From Sulfurimonadaceae bacterium (GTDB lineage Bacteria > Campylobacterota > Campylobacteria > Campylobacterales > Sulfurimonadaceae), in the NCBI GenBank assembly GCA_041571435.1, contig JBFFUI010000009.1:1-60346 (forward strand): a stretch of 60,346 nucleotides of DNA. The letters run 5' to 3'. A program made the translations under genes and the position numbers. Positions 27,443 through 37,211 of this stretch are shown piece by piece; position 1 is the stretch's first letter; every line of letters starts with the position of its first letter. The notes below the pieces were generated by a model. The model worked only from the letters and a program-made list of their open reading frames with translations, searched no databases and was not told the DNA's origin.

Positions 27443-28654
27443 TTACTTAAGTGCGGTACTCTTGTCGCGAAGCTGAGCGATGCGGTTGCCGCCATGCTGA
27501 ATCGACATGGAGAGCACCTTGTTGGCTTTTGCGACTACTTCGTCCAGGTTCTGTGTTGACATCTTCTGTACGAACCCGCCACTTAATGTGACTTTGACGG
27601 TACTGCCGTCAATATTTTTGAAAGGTGTCTCCTCGACACTCTTTCGGACAAGCTCACAATCGTTGATCGCACTGGTCTTGTCCTGGCGCGAAAGTATGAT
27701 GGCAAATTGATTGTGGTCCAGATGGCCTATGATATCATTGTGCTGACGATAGAGCGAGAGCATAAAACCGACTTTTTTCACGATCGCCTCGGTAAAGTCC
27801 TGTGAATACTGCATCTCAAGATCCGTGAGTTTGTCGATCGCAAAGATACAGACAGCGGTGTAGTTGCCTAGCTTCTGGTTCTTTTTCTCACTGTACTCAT
27901 GCATGAAACCTTTGAGGTTGTTAATGCCGCTGACGCTGTCAAGGTAGGCAGGATTGATCGCTGTAGGCGATTTCATCGTACGCCCCATCAGTTTTGAGAT
28001 CGTGTCGCCTTCCACAGTCTTAAACGTTGCTCCTTCATCGGGTTCCATCTTATTCAAAATCTTGATGTCTCTGCGGATCTTGTTTAGTTTCAGAGGGATC
28101 GTAACGATACTGAAGAGAATGAGAAGGAAAAGAAGGATCGCAAGGCCCATCTGTACAAAAAAACGATTTTCTTCATAAACGGAGTTCTGTGCTGTCATGA
28201 CATCGATCTGCGCTGTCAAGGCGTTGTAGCTGTTTGTGAACCGCTTTTTTCGTGATTGAAGTTCCTGATCACTTATAGTCTCTTGTGCGAACCACTCCTT
28301 TGCAGCAGCATTGAAAGCATCAATAGCCTGTTGAAGTTTTGCTATCTCTTGTGTGTACGAGCCATTTTTTGTATACTTGTTCAAATAGTCATACGCATAA
28401 TACGTTGAGAGAATATTGCTCTCATGTCGCAGCATGGTGTTCTTACCGCGGTACTGGATGTTTGCAAGGTCCAGGTCCTCCCGGCTCAGATTATAGACGG
28501 CAGCCGCGATCTCTTTTTCGTTCTTTAAATTTGATAATTTGTAAAAAGAGACGTACTCACTGATAATAGTAGCTGTGAGAAGTGCGGAAAGCAGGAACAT
28601 TAAGAGATAGAGGGACTTTATAGTGCCAAAAACCTTATAGATGGATATTTGCAT
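27443..28654 (-). CDS. Membrane protein with degenerate GGDEF domain
   Basis: Two TM segments around a helical periplasmic region; GGDEF-fold C-terminus with IIGHLDHNQF in place of RxGGDEF. Confidence 0.85.
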   Translation of the reverse strand: MQISIYKVFGTIKSLYLLMFLLSALLTATIISEYVSFYKLSNLKNEKEIAAAVYNLSREDLDLANIQYRGKNTMLRHESNILSTYYAYDYLNKYTKNGSYTQEIAKLQQAIDAFNAAAKEWFAQETISDQELQSRKKRFTNSYNALTAQIDVMTAQNSVYEENRFFVQMGLAILLFLLILFSIVTIPLKLNKIRRDIKILNKMEPDEGATFKTVEGDTISKLMGRTMKSPTAINPAYLDSVSGINNLKGFMHEYSEKKNQKLGNYTAVCIFAIDKLTDLEMQYSQDFTEAIVKKVGFMLSLYRQHNDIIGHLDHNQFAIILSRQDKTSAINDCELVRKSVEETPFKNIDGSTVKVTLSGGFVQKMSTQNLDEVVAKANKVLSMSIQHGGNRIAQLRDKSTALK

Positions 28655-28813
28655 TATGTGCCTTGTGTTGAGAATGTTAGTTTGTGTTTATAGACATTTT
28701 ATTGTTAAAGGGGTTAATTGAGACTTAAAAAAAAGCGATATTCTTTATAAGTCGCTCTCATCAATATATAAACATTTAAAATTGGATAAAATACAACAAA
28801 AAAAGAGAGCGAT

Positions 28814-29638
28814 GTGAACGTAGAGAGTTACTTTATCAGGCTATTTGCAGACCATACCCGTCATATCGGCGATGACGGTGCCGTTATTGGAGGGCAGGTC
28901 TACAGTAACGATGCGTTTTGCGAGAATGTCCATTTCAAACGTTCATGGATGACACTTCATCAGATCGCCTACAAGTCAATGGTGATCAACATCTCCGATG
29001 CGATAGCGATGAACGCTACACCGCAATATGCACTCCTGAGTGTCGCAATTCCCTCGCACTACACACTGCACGACCTTAAAGAGCTTCATGCCGGTTTTCA
29101 GGAGGCAGCCGATGAGTTTGGTCTTGAGATCATTGGCGGGGACACCGTATCCAACAGCAAGCTTGACATCTCGATCACAATCGTTTCAAATACGGTCCGT
29201 CCTCTGCGTCGACAAGGGCTGAAAAAGGGTGATCTGCTGGCTTATACGGGCACTATAGGTAAAAGTTTTAGAGACCTGCGCTATCTTTTAAATGGGGGCA
29301 AGGTTCACTCAAAGTCTAAATTTGTCCGTTTTCCGCTGCGCAGTGCTTTTGTCGCTGATGCTGTAAGCTCTCTCTCATGCGGTATGGATATCTCTGACGG
29401 CCTAGGCAGTGATCTTGAGCGGCTTCATAGCTTAAATAGGGTAGGATTCCAGCTTAAGAGACCTTTGGATAAAAAACTTTTTTGCAGCGGTGAAGAGTAT
29501 GAGATGTTGGTCGGGTTCAACCCGCGCAAACGCAAAAAACTCATTCGTCTGGCTGCTAAAAACCGTACCCCTTTGCATATCTTTGCGAAAGCGAAACGGG
29601 CATCTTATAAAAACTGCTGCAAAGCACACCATTTTTAG
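28814..29638 (+). CDS. thiL: Thiamine-monophosphate kinase
   Basis: IGDDGA, NISDAIAMNA, IIGGDT, MDISDGL and SGEEYE motifs. Confidence 0.93.
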   Translation: MNVESYFIRLFADHTRHIGDDGAVIGGQVYSNDAFCENVHFKRSWMTLHQIAYKSMVINISDAIAMNATPQYALLSVAIPSHYTLHDLKELHAGFQEAADEFGLEIIGGDTVSNSKLDISITIVSNTVRPLRRQGLKKGDLLAYTGTIGKSFRDLRYLLNGGKVHSKSKFVRFPLRSAFVADAVSSLSCGMDISDGLGSDLERLHSLNRVGFQLKRPLDKKLFCSGEEYEMLVGFNPRKRKKLIRLAAKNRTPLHIFAKAKRASYKNCCKAHHF

Positions 29639-29679
29639 ACGCAAGATATCGCTTGAGTCAATGGTATATTTAGGACATT

Positions 29680-30777
29680 ATGGACAGATTTTACGCACTT
29701 TCACACACCCCGATCGCCTTTCACTTCAGACAGAACCCTCGCGATTTTGTCGTTGACGAGCAACCGCTGTACGACTTCAGCGGTGAAGGTGAGCACCTTG
29801 TATTGCAGATGCGCAAGAAGAACCTTGCCACCTGGGACGCCATCGGCATCATTGCCAACCATCTTGGTATCAATGCCCGCGAGATCGGTTATGCCGGCTT
29901 GAAAGACAAAAACGCATTGACGAAACAGTACATCTCTGTCTTAAAAAAATATGAGGAAAAACTGGCGGACTTTGACCATGAGAACATCAAGTTCCTTGAA
30001 CGGACCTACCATAACAACAAGATCCGTCTTGGCCACCTCAAAGGCAACCGCTTTTTTATCCGCCTCAAAAAGGTGAACCCGACAGCGGCCAAGAAACTAT
30101 CCGAAGCACTGAAGATGATCAAGAAAGAGGGGATGCCGAACTTCTTTGGGTATCAGCGTTTTGGTGCTGATGGTGAGAACTATAAAATAGGTGAAGCCAT
30201 TTTGAAAGGTAAACGAAAAGAGCGTAATGTCAAATTGAAACGACTCTACATCAACGCCTTTCAAAGCCATATGTTCAACCTGTGGTTAAGCCGTCGTCTT
30301 GAGATCAACTCTCTCGTCACCAGCTTTGAACCCGAAGCGCTTTGTGATGTGCTGAACATACCTAAAGAGGTCATCGCTGAACTTAAAGCACAGAAACACC
30401 CATTCAAGGTCTTCAAGGGGGATATACTCAAACACTACCCGCATGGGTCGCCGTTTGAATACGAAGGCGAAGAGAGGGATATTGAACGTCTGAACGAAAA
30501 GGATGTTGTTCCGACAGGTCTTTTGCTTGGAAAACGTTCGCGCCGAGCCAGCGGGCTTGCCGGCGAAATCGAAAAAGAGTTTGATATGGACTATACGCAG
30601 GTCGACGGGGACCGACGTTATGCATGGGTTTATCCTGAAGATGTAGAATACGAATACAAAGAGAACGAAGCGTGGTTTGAAATGCACTTTACACTGCCAA
30701 AAGGGTGCTATGCGACCGTGCTTATTGAAGAGCTGGCAAAGCGCCCGCTTCAACCAGAAATTACCAAGGAGTTATAA
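29680..30777 (+). CDS. truD: tRNA pseudouridine(13) synthase
   Basis: DFVVDE, YAGLKDKNALTKQ, GNRF, PNFFGYQRFG and FTLPKGCYAT motifs. Confidence 0.97.
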   Translation: MDRFYALSHTPIAFHFRQNPRDFVVDEQPLYDFSGEGEHLVLQMRKKNLATWDAIGIIANHLGINAREIGYAGLKDKNALTKQYISVLKKYEEKLADFDHENIKFLERTYHNNKIRLGHLKGNRFFIRLKKVNPTAAKKLSEALKMIKKEGMPNFFGYQRFGADGENYKIGEAILKGKRKERNVKLKRLYINAFQSHMFNLWLSRRLEINSLVTSFEPEALCDVLNIPKEVIAELKAQKHPFKVFKGDILKHYPHGSPFEYEGEERDIERLNEKDVVPTGLLLGKRSRRASGLAGEIEKEFDMDYTQVDGDRRYAWVYPEDVEYEYKENEAWFEMHFTLPKGCYATVLIEELAKRPLQPEITKEL

Positions 30778-31595
30778 TGCGTCATCTGACAAGTCTGTTT
30801 TCACAAGGGTTTGGTGCGTTTGCCAATACACATTTTCCAAAACCTGTTCAAAACCTTGTAAATAAAGGGTATGTCAACCTGATGGGACTCGATATGAGTG
30901 AGTTCCGTGATCCGACAACGTATGAGACACTTAATGCTCTTTTTACGCGTCAGCTTAAGACACCGAGAGAGTTCTCGTCAGATCCGAAGGATTTTATCTC
31001 GCCATGCGATTCCCTGATCACAGAATGCGGACGTCTTCATGAAGATATCGCTCTTCATATTAAAGGGATGTATTACAACATCAACGACCTGCTGGGTGAT
31101 GAGATCGATGCATCACAGAAGGCAAAACTGATCGACGGTGACTTTATCAACTTCTACCTTTCGCCTAAAGATTATCACCGTTACCACATTCCTTGTGACC
31201 TGTCGGTTAAAAAAGCAGTCCATATTCCGGGGAAACTCTATCCGGTCAATATGCGCTATCTCAACAAACAGCCTAATCTTTTTGTCGAGAATGAGAGGGT
31301 CGTCCTGGAGTGTGAAAACAACGAAGGTCAGCTCTTTTATATGGTGTTGGTAGGAGCATTGAACGTCGGTGTGATGCAGGTTGCATTTGAGCCGGCCATC
31401 CAGACCAATGCAAGCTCGACCGAAGTACGTGTCTATAGCTACGAAGAGGGCATTTCGCTCTCAAAAAATGACGATTTCGGCTGTTTCGAGATGGGGTCGA
31501 CTATTGTTATTATTGCTGAACCGGGATTTTTGGAGCTTGGTGTCGAAGTGGGTGAAAAAGTAGCATACGCTCAGACAATTGCCAAGGTAAAATAA
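30777..31595 (+). CDS. psd: Phosphatidylserine decarboxylase proenzyme
   Basis: SPCD, YLSPKDYHRYH, NERVV and MGST cleavage motif. Confidence 0.95.
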   Translation: MRHLTSLFSQGFGAFANTHFPKPVQNLVNKGYVNLMGLDMSEFRDPTTYETLNALFTRQLKTPREFSSDPKDFISPCDSLITECGRLHEDIALHIKGMYYNINDLLGDEIDASQKAKLIDGDFINFYLSPKDYHRYHIPCDLSVKKAVHIPGKLYPVNMRYLNKQPNLFVENERVVLECENNEGQLFYMVLVGALNVGVMQVAFEPAIQTNASSTEVRVYSYEEGISLSKNDDFGCFEMGSTIVIIAEPGFLELGVEVGEKVAYAQTIAKVK

Positions 31596-31676
31596 CGCGT
31601 GGGCGTCGCATTGGCCCGTCACACCCGACATGCGCGATGTTAAGGTCCTTCTCCACTAATAGGTGTAGCGGAACGA

Positions 31677-32276
31677 CTATCTGTTCTTAACTTCCATTTT
31701 GGCCATCAATCTTCCATTCTCTTCAAAGATATCCATCCGTGTGTCTATCGGAAACTTCTGTTTGGAAAGTTCATCCTGGATGGAGTGGAGTACTGCAGCA
31801 AAACGCTGAAACATCGGTACAACGACATAATCGATATTCTCCCGTTTGACAAGTTTTGCAACCTGTTGAATAGCGCAGTCGTACAGTTTTTCATTGGTGG
31901 CATATTGCTGACGGTAGGCCTCCATCATACGTATGTTTTTGATCAGGGCTTCTCGTTCGGTTTCTGAGATCGATTCGGCTTCTTCCGCCCGTTTGAATTC
32001 ACTCTCAATCAGACTCTGCTCTGCTTTGACAGCACTCTCTACGGTGTTCTCGAGGTCGTCGCAATACCCTGAGAGGATATCAACGATATCGCTGTCTTTA
32101 AGACGACTGCTGTTTGCAGCATATGTATAGGTCCTGTCTTCGAAATAATTGTGATCCAGTGCTTGTAAAAGCTGAACAGTGATATTCAGGTATGTGTACC
32201 TGTCATCATTCTGTGAATCAAAGCTGATCCCTGTCTTGGAAATAAGCGGTTTTGGACCTACATATTTTATCTTCAT
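31677..32276 (-). CDS. Hypothetical protein
   Basis: 199-aa ORF with AAGG RBS and upstream TACAAT; helical; no motif recognised. Confidence 0.8.
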   Translation of the reverse strand: MKIKYVGPKPLISKTGISFDSQNDDRYTYLNITVQLLQALDHNYFEDRTYTYAANSSRLKDSDIVDILSGYCDDLENTVESAVKAEQSLIESEFKRAEEAESISETEREALIKNIRMMEAYRQQYATNEKLYDCAIQQVAKLVKRENIDYVVVPMFQRFAAVLHSIQDELSKQKFPIDTRMDIFEENGRLMAKMEVKNR

Positions 32277-32458
32277 AACAACACCTTATATTTTGTGGGC
32301 TTATTGTAGCATAACTAATTTGCTAGTTTATTATGGCTTTTATTAACATAAACATAAACACTATTGAGCATTTTATTTGCATGATCCGGCGATTATAAGT
32401 TTGCTTATATGATTTTATGCTACTCTCTATCTTCATAATATTATCCAAGGATATCGAT

Positions 32459-34135
32459 TTGAATAAACGTTTGATAAGCTTACTAACATTCTTGATGTGT
32501 TCCTTTTCGACACTCTCTTCTGCTCCGCTGGGTGCTCCACCACAGTTTAAAAATGAGACAAAAAAAACGGAAACGCTCAAAGATGGCCAAAGTATTGTTT
32601 TAGGCAAATTCGAAAACAGAAAAGATGCAGACTTCCAGCTCAGTTCACTGTTGGACTTTATGGATAACAACTCCAAGTTAGTCAATTTAGAGTTGGTCCA
32701 TGGGTTTGACTATGCCGTAAAAGAGGACGGTGATCTCTATACAGTCAGTATTGAGCCTTTTATTGATGAGAAGGCTCTCATTGAAGTATTTGAGATTGTC
32801 AATGCCCGCTATCCGAAAGCGTATATTGCAGAGTGTCCCGGTTGTGTCAAAGAAGATTTCCTAAAGGCTAGGGTCAAGGCAACTGAAGAGCAGGAACAGG
32901 AAGTGTTGGAAAATGCGATCGCTTTGGAAGAAGATACTCACGTTGTAATTACCGTCGAAGAAGATGGTGCCGATGATCTGAAGGATGAAAAGGGTGTTGC
33001 AATGGAAGAACCCGCTGTCGAGACGACTGCAGATGCATCGATAGACCTGCCGTTCAAAACAGAATATATCTTTTACGGTGTCGGCGCTGTAGCGCTTCTG
33101 ATCTTGATCTTTTTATTGGTGCGAAAGCCAAAGCAGGCGTCAGAAAAAGAGCTTAGAGAACTGCATGCCCAGGCTCAGGAACTTGAAGCTGAAATGAGCC
33201 AGTACGCGGAAGAGGAATCTGTCTCTGAGGAACCTGAGATCGAAACAGTCTCTTCTGCCCCGATAGAACCTGAGGCAACTGAAGTCAAGGAACCGGTTGT
33301 CAAAGCGGATGCCGGGCCTAGGGACATCAGCGCTATCAATCACAAGCTGCGTGAGCCAAACAGTTCGATCGGTAACATCACCAAGGACAACTTTAAAGAG
33401 TTTGAAGGGCTTCGTCTCCTGATTGCGGAAGACAACCTTATCAATCAGAAGGTTATCGTCGGTCTGTTGAAAGAGTCCGGTATCAACATCAAGATCGCTA
33501 ATGACGGGCAGGAGTGTCTGGAGATACTCGAAGAAGATCCAAACTATCAGATTATCTTGATGGATGCGCACATGCCTCGTGTAGATGGGCTTGAGGCGAC
33601 ACGTCTAATCCGTCAGAACCCGGCTTATGATCATATCACGGTCATGGCATTAAGCGGGGATACCGGTGCCGATGATATTCGAAAAATGCGTGATTGCGGT
33701 ATGGAAGAGCAGTTGGAGAAACCACTGAAGGTCGCCGCGCTTTACCAGGCGCTATACTGCTATTTTGATCCTGATGCCGTTATCAGTGGAGAGGGTGGAA
33801 CGTCCAATATTCACCTTGATGAAGCACTCGCCATCGAGATGCTTGGCGGTGATGTGGAACTGTACAATGAGATCCTTAAAGAGTTTCAGACACTCTATCA
33901 TGACTCTGACGAGAAGATCGAACTATGGATAAAGCAGGGAGACTACGACAGAGCCAAAGCACTTCTTCTCGATGTCAAAGGTATCGGCGAGAGTATTGGT
34001 ACCGCACAACTCACACAGACGGCAGAAGAGTTCAGAGAAGCTATCATCGCCGGTGCAAGCGATAAGTTTCCAAAACTGATGAGCCTCTACCGTTCACAAC
34101 TCCACTCTATCTTAGCAGACATCGCAGAGGTATAA
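32459..34135 (+). CDS. Membrane-anchored receiver protein: signal, SPOR-like domain, TM, REC, His-less Hpt-like domain
   Basis: TTG 32459 after AAGGA; SPOR-like YTVSIEPF...ARYPKAYI; TM YIFYGVGAVALLILIFLLV; REC AEDN/LMDAHMP/EKP; LLLDVKG in place of AHxLKG. Confidence 0.8.
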   Translation: MNKRLISLLTFLMCSFSTLSSAPLGAPPQFKNETKKTETLKDGQSIVLGKFENRKDADFQLSSLLDFMDNNSKLVNLELVHGFDYAVKEDGDLYTVSIEPFIDEKALIEVFEIVNARYPKAYIAECPGCVKEDFLKARVKATEEQEQEVLENAIALEEDTHVVITVEEDGADDLKDEKGVAMEEPAVETTADASIDLPFKTEYIFYGVGAVALLILIFLLVRKPKQASEKELRELHAQAQELEAEMSQYAEEESVSEEPEIETVSSAPIEPEATEVKEPVVKADAGPRDISAINHKLREPNSSIGNITKDNFKEFEGLRLLIAEDNLINQKVIVGLLKESGINIKIANDGQECLEILEEDPNYQIILMDAHMPRVDGLEATRLIRQNPAYDHITVMALSGDTGADDIRKMRDCGMEEQLEKPLKVAALYQALYCYFDPDAVISGEGGTSNIHLDEALAIEMLGGDVELYNEILKEFQTLYHDSDEKIELWIKQGDYDRAKALLLDVKGIGESIGTAQLTQTAEEFREAIIAGASDKFPKLMSLYRSQLHSILADIAEV

Positions 34136-34168
34136 CCCTCTGTTATCCCAACACTTAGGCTGATCCCT

Positions 34169-36907
34169 ATGAAATACCTTTTTACACTTTTTTTTCTGGT
34201 GCTTTTATCGCCGATCTACGCGGCAGACAGTGATTTGCACAAAACGATAATTATCGGCAGTTACCTCGTTCCTCAGGATGCACTTAATCAAAAAAACGAG
34301 TTTGAAGCCTGGGCCAAAAGTTCTGAACGTATAACATCTCTGCAGGCCGAGTACAATTTGCATTTTGTGACCAGAAAATCCGGTCCCTACCTGGTCGTTG
34401 CGTTGGAGCCAATCCCCAGCGAAGCGGTTGCCAATGAACTTTTTTCCCTGATCAAGACGACGTATCATGATGCCTTTATCACCCGAATCCGTTCAAGGGA
34501 GCTGTTGGCTCTCTATGCGCAAGACGGTTACCCTGAATCGGTGCCACCTTCTCAAAGCGTGCCTAAGGAGCCATCGACGCAACCCCAGGAGCAGGGTGCA
34601 GAACAGACGGCTTCAGCATCCAAAGAGGCTGCAGTTGCGACAGAAGCCCCGTCTCAAAGCGTGCCTACGGAGCCATCGACGCAACCGCAGGAGCAGGATA
34701 CAGAACAGACAGTTTCAGCACCCAAAGAGGTTGCAGTTGCGACAAAAGCCTCGTCTGAACCTGCTGCTGCTACCGTAGGGATGCCGTCGTTAACAACACT
34801 GCTGCTTTCTGTCCTGGTGACTGTTTTATTGACGGTTATTGGCTTCCTATTACGCCATCAGCGTAATTTGAAACAGCAACTAAAGCGGGTCGAAGCCAGA
34901 CTAGTGGCGGCAAACAGTTCAAATGTCGAGCTTAACAGCGCTAATCTTGAGTATAAAGACTCGATAGTCGAACAAGAGGGGCTTATTGTCGGGATATCCG
35001 GAAAGCTTAAAGACCCGGCAAAAGAGATCCTTGGCAAAGCAGAAAAGATATCGGACACCGACCTGAGTGACAAACAGTCTATCGAGTTGCGTAACATCCA
35101 GGAATCGGGTCAGGTTCTGTTTGCGATCGTTGATGACCTGCTTGACTTTATGAAGATCCGTTCCAACAAACTCAAAATCGAAGTCAAGCCTTTTGATATC
35201 AACGAACTGCTTGACCTTATTGTCCGTGCCGTTCTGGAGCGTATTGAGAAAAAAGATGTCGAAGTCGTCTTTGATATTGAGAAAAATGTTCCGCCGCACA
35301 TTATCGGGGATCCTCTCCGTATCGGACAGGTATTGACAAACCTGCTTGAAAACGGTATCAAGTTTACCAATGCGGGTGAGGTCAAACTACACGTTAAAAC
35401 ACTGAGCAAAAAGGGAAGTGAGATTCAGCTGATGTTTGAGGTGATCGATACGGGTATCGGTATCTCTGAATCGCAACTGGTTGACATATTCTCACCGTTT
35501 TATCAAATCAGTAACAACAACAGTGCCGGATTGGGACTGGCGATCTCAAAAGCGCTTGTTGAGATGATGGGCGGTGAGATCCTGGTCTCGACGGGGCTGA
35601 ACAAAGGGTCGACCTTTACGTTTGTACTTAGCCTGCAAGAGCTTGATGCTGAAGAGAAGCGTCACTACCATATGCCGGAAAAGGCGTATAAAAGACGACG
35701 TATACTGATCCTGGATTATCATGATAATGCCGCAAAAGCGATGAAAAAACTGCTTGAGTATTTCCATAACGATGTCGATATCTTTACGCAGTCTGAAATG
35801 GCATCATTGGCACCGGACTTAAGCAGTTATGATATGCTGTTTATCTCTGAACAATTGCTGACTTTCGAGCTTGTCAAACAGATCGGCGCACTTAAGCAAA
35901 ACAGCGATACAAAGGTCGTTATTGTCGGCAGTATGCTGCACCACTCCAGCAAGGCAAATGTTGTAGAGAAACTGGCAGACGGGCGTATCATGAAACCGGT
36001 CAATCAGCAGAATATTTTTGACCTTTTTGTCAATTTTTACGGCGATGAAGTTATCGAGCCGTTGCAGGTGCCTGCTGACGAAATCAAAGCGTCAGCATCA
36101 ATGCCGCGCATCGTAATCGAGCGTACGCAAAAAGAGGATATCACCAAAGACGATTTTGCCGTGTTCAGGGGCGCAAGACTGCTGGTTGCCGAAGACAATA
36201 TCATCAACCAGAAAGTGATCAGCAGTCTGCTCAAAACAAGCGGCGTTGACGTTGATATGGCAGAAGACGGTGCGACCGCTTTCGAGATGGCAAAGAGTAT
36301 CGAGTACGACCTTATTCTTATGGATGTCAATATGCCCGTGATGAATGGTTATGAAGCGACTGAACGTCTCAAGTCTTCGCCAAAGACTGCATTTATACCG
36401 GTCGTTGCACTTTCGGGCAATACGATGCCGGATGAGATAGCAGAGATGAAACGGTGCGGAATGGATGATCGACTGGAAAAACCGATCAAGGTACCGGAGC
36501 TTTTCACGGTATTCAGTAAATATCTGAAATCCCACCCTGTCGCGCAAGAGGTTGTCGTAGAATCGATACCGGATCAGTTCTATCAGTATGAAGATGGACT
36601 GGAGCGTTGTGGCGGAGATGTCGCTCTCTACGGAGAGCTGGTGGATGAGTTCATGAAGCTTTACAGCGATTCCGACATCACGATGGAGAGACTGTATCAT
36701 GAAAATAAAGTCGAGGCACTTAGAAAACTGAGCCTTGATATTAAAGGTGTCAGTGCCAATATCGGTGCCTATGCCTTAGCCGTGGCTGCTAAAAAAGTCA
36801 ATCAGGCCAGTGTGTCTAGTTCGAGTATGCCGAAGCTGATTGAAAGTTACAAGAAAACGTTGAATCAGACAGTGGAGCTATTGGCATCACAGAGCGAAAA
36901 AGTGTAG
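34169..36907 (+). CDS. Hybrid sensor pseudo-histidine kinase: SPOR-like, TM, degenerate HisKA, HATPase, pseudo-REC, REC, His-less Hpt-like
   Basis: N-box NLLENGIKFT, G1 DTGIGI, F-box IFSPF, G2 AGLGL; H-box reads ISGKLKDP; intact second REC LMDVNMP. Confidence 0.88.
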   Translation: MKYLFTLFFLVLLSPIYAADSDLHKTIIIGSYLVPQDALNQKNEFEAWAKSSERITSLQAEYNLHFVTRKSGPYLVVALEPIPSEAVANELFSLIKTTYHDAFITRIRSRELLALYAQDGYPESVPPSQSVPKEPSTQPQEQGAEQTASASKEAAVATEAPSQSVPTEPSTQPQEQDTEQTVSAPKEVAVATKASSEPAAATVGMPSLTTLLLSVLVTVLLTVIGFLLRHQRNLKQQLKRVEARLVAANSSNVELNSANLEYKDSIVEQEGLIVGISGKLKDPAKEILGKAEKISDTDLSDKQSIELRNIQESGQVLFAIVDDLLDFMKIRSNKLKIEVKPFDINELLDLIVRAVLERIEKKDVEVVFDIEKNVPPHIIGDPLRIGQVLTNLLENGIKFTNAGEVKLHVKTLSKKGSEIQLMFEVIDTGIGISESQLVDIFSPFYQISNNNSAGLGLAISKALVEMMGGEILVSTGLNKGSTFTFVLSLQELDAEEKRHYHMPEKAYKRRRILILDYHDNAAKAMKKLLEYFHNDVDIFTQSEMASLAPDLSSYDMLFISEQLLTFELVKQIGALKQNSDTKVVIVGSMLHHSSKANVVEKLADGRIMKPVNQQNIFDLFVNFYGDEVIEPLQVPADEIKASASMPRIVIERTQKEDITKDDFAVFRGARLLVAEDNIINQKVISSLLKTSGVDVDMAEDGATAFEMAKSIEYDLILMDVNMPVMNGYEATERLKSSPKTAFIPVVALSGNTMPDEIAEMKRCGMDDRLEKPIKVPELFTVFSKYLKSHPVAQEVVVESIPDQFYQYEDGLERCGGDVALYGELVDEFMKLYSDSDITMERLYHENKVEALRKLSLDIKGVSANIGAYALAVAAKKVNQASVSSSSMPKLIESYKKTLNQTVELLASQSEKV
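34550..34756 (+). repeat. Two-copy in-frame 102-bp tandem repeat (34 aa, Pro/Ser/Thr/Glu/Ala rich)
   Basis: TCTCAAAGCGTGCCTA...GCAGTTGCGACA.AAGCC begins at 34550 and again at 34652. Confidence 0.95.
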
Positions 36908-36962
36908 TTTCACATGCTTTTTAGCTCTCTTTTTTTACAATACAGTTAAAAAGTACCCCACA

Positions 36963-37211
36963 ATGCGAATAGACAAATATTTAAACGCTGTCAATATCAC
37001 AAAACGCCGCTCCGTAGCGCAGGATATGATCAGTTCGGGTGTTGTTTATATAAACGACAAAGCCGTAAAGGCAAGTAAAAATGTTGAGATCGGTGATGTG
37101 ATCACCATCGCTTACCTAAAAGGGGCCAAGCGATATGAAGTCCTGGCGATCCCGACAACGAAATCGACCCCAAAAGCGGAACAAGCGAATTATATTAAGG
37201 AGTTGTCGTGA
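36963..37211 (+). CDS. S4-domain RNA-binding protein (Hsp15/RqcP-like)
   Basis: MRIDKYL...KRRSVAQ...KASKNVEIGD S4 pattern. Confidence 0.9.
   Translation: MRIDKYLNAVNITKRRSVAQDMISSGVVYINDKAVKASKNVEIGDVITIAYLKGAKRYEVLAIPTTKSTPKAEQANYIKELS

Noticed and set aside
31596-31676. GC-rich spacer between psd and the convergent gene as a REP/MITE element
   Set aside because: Only imperfect pairing and no second copy noticed in the window
34550-34756. Repeat considered as a CRISPR array
   Set aside because: Two contiguous 102-bp in-frame coding units, no spacers, no cas genes
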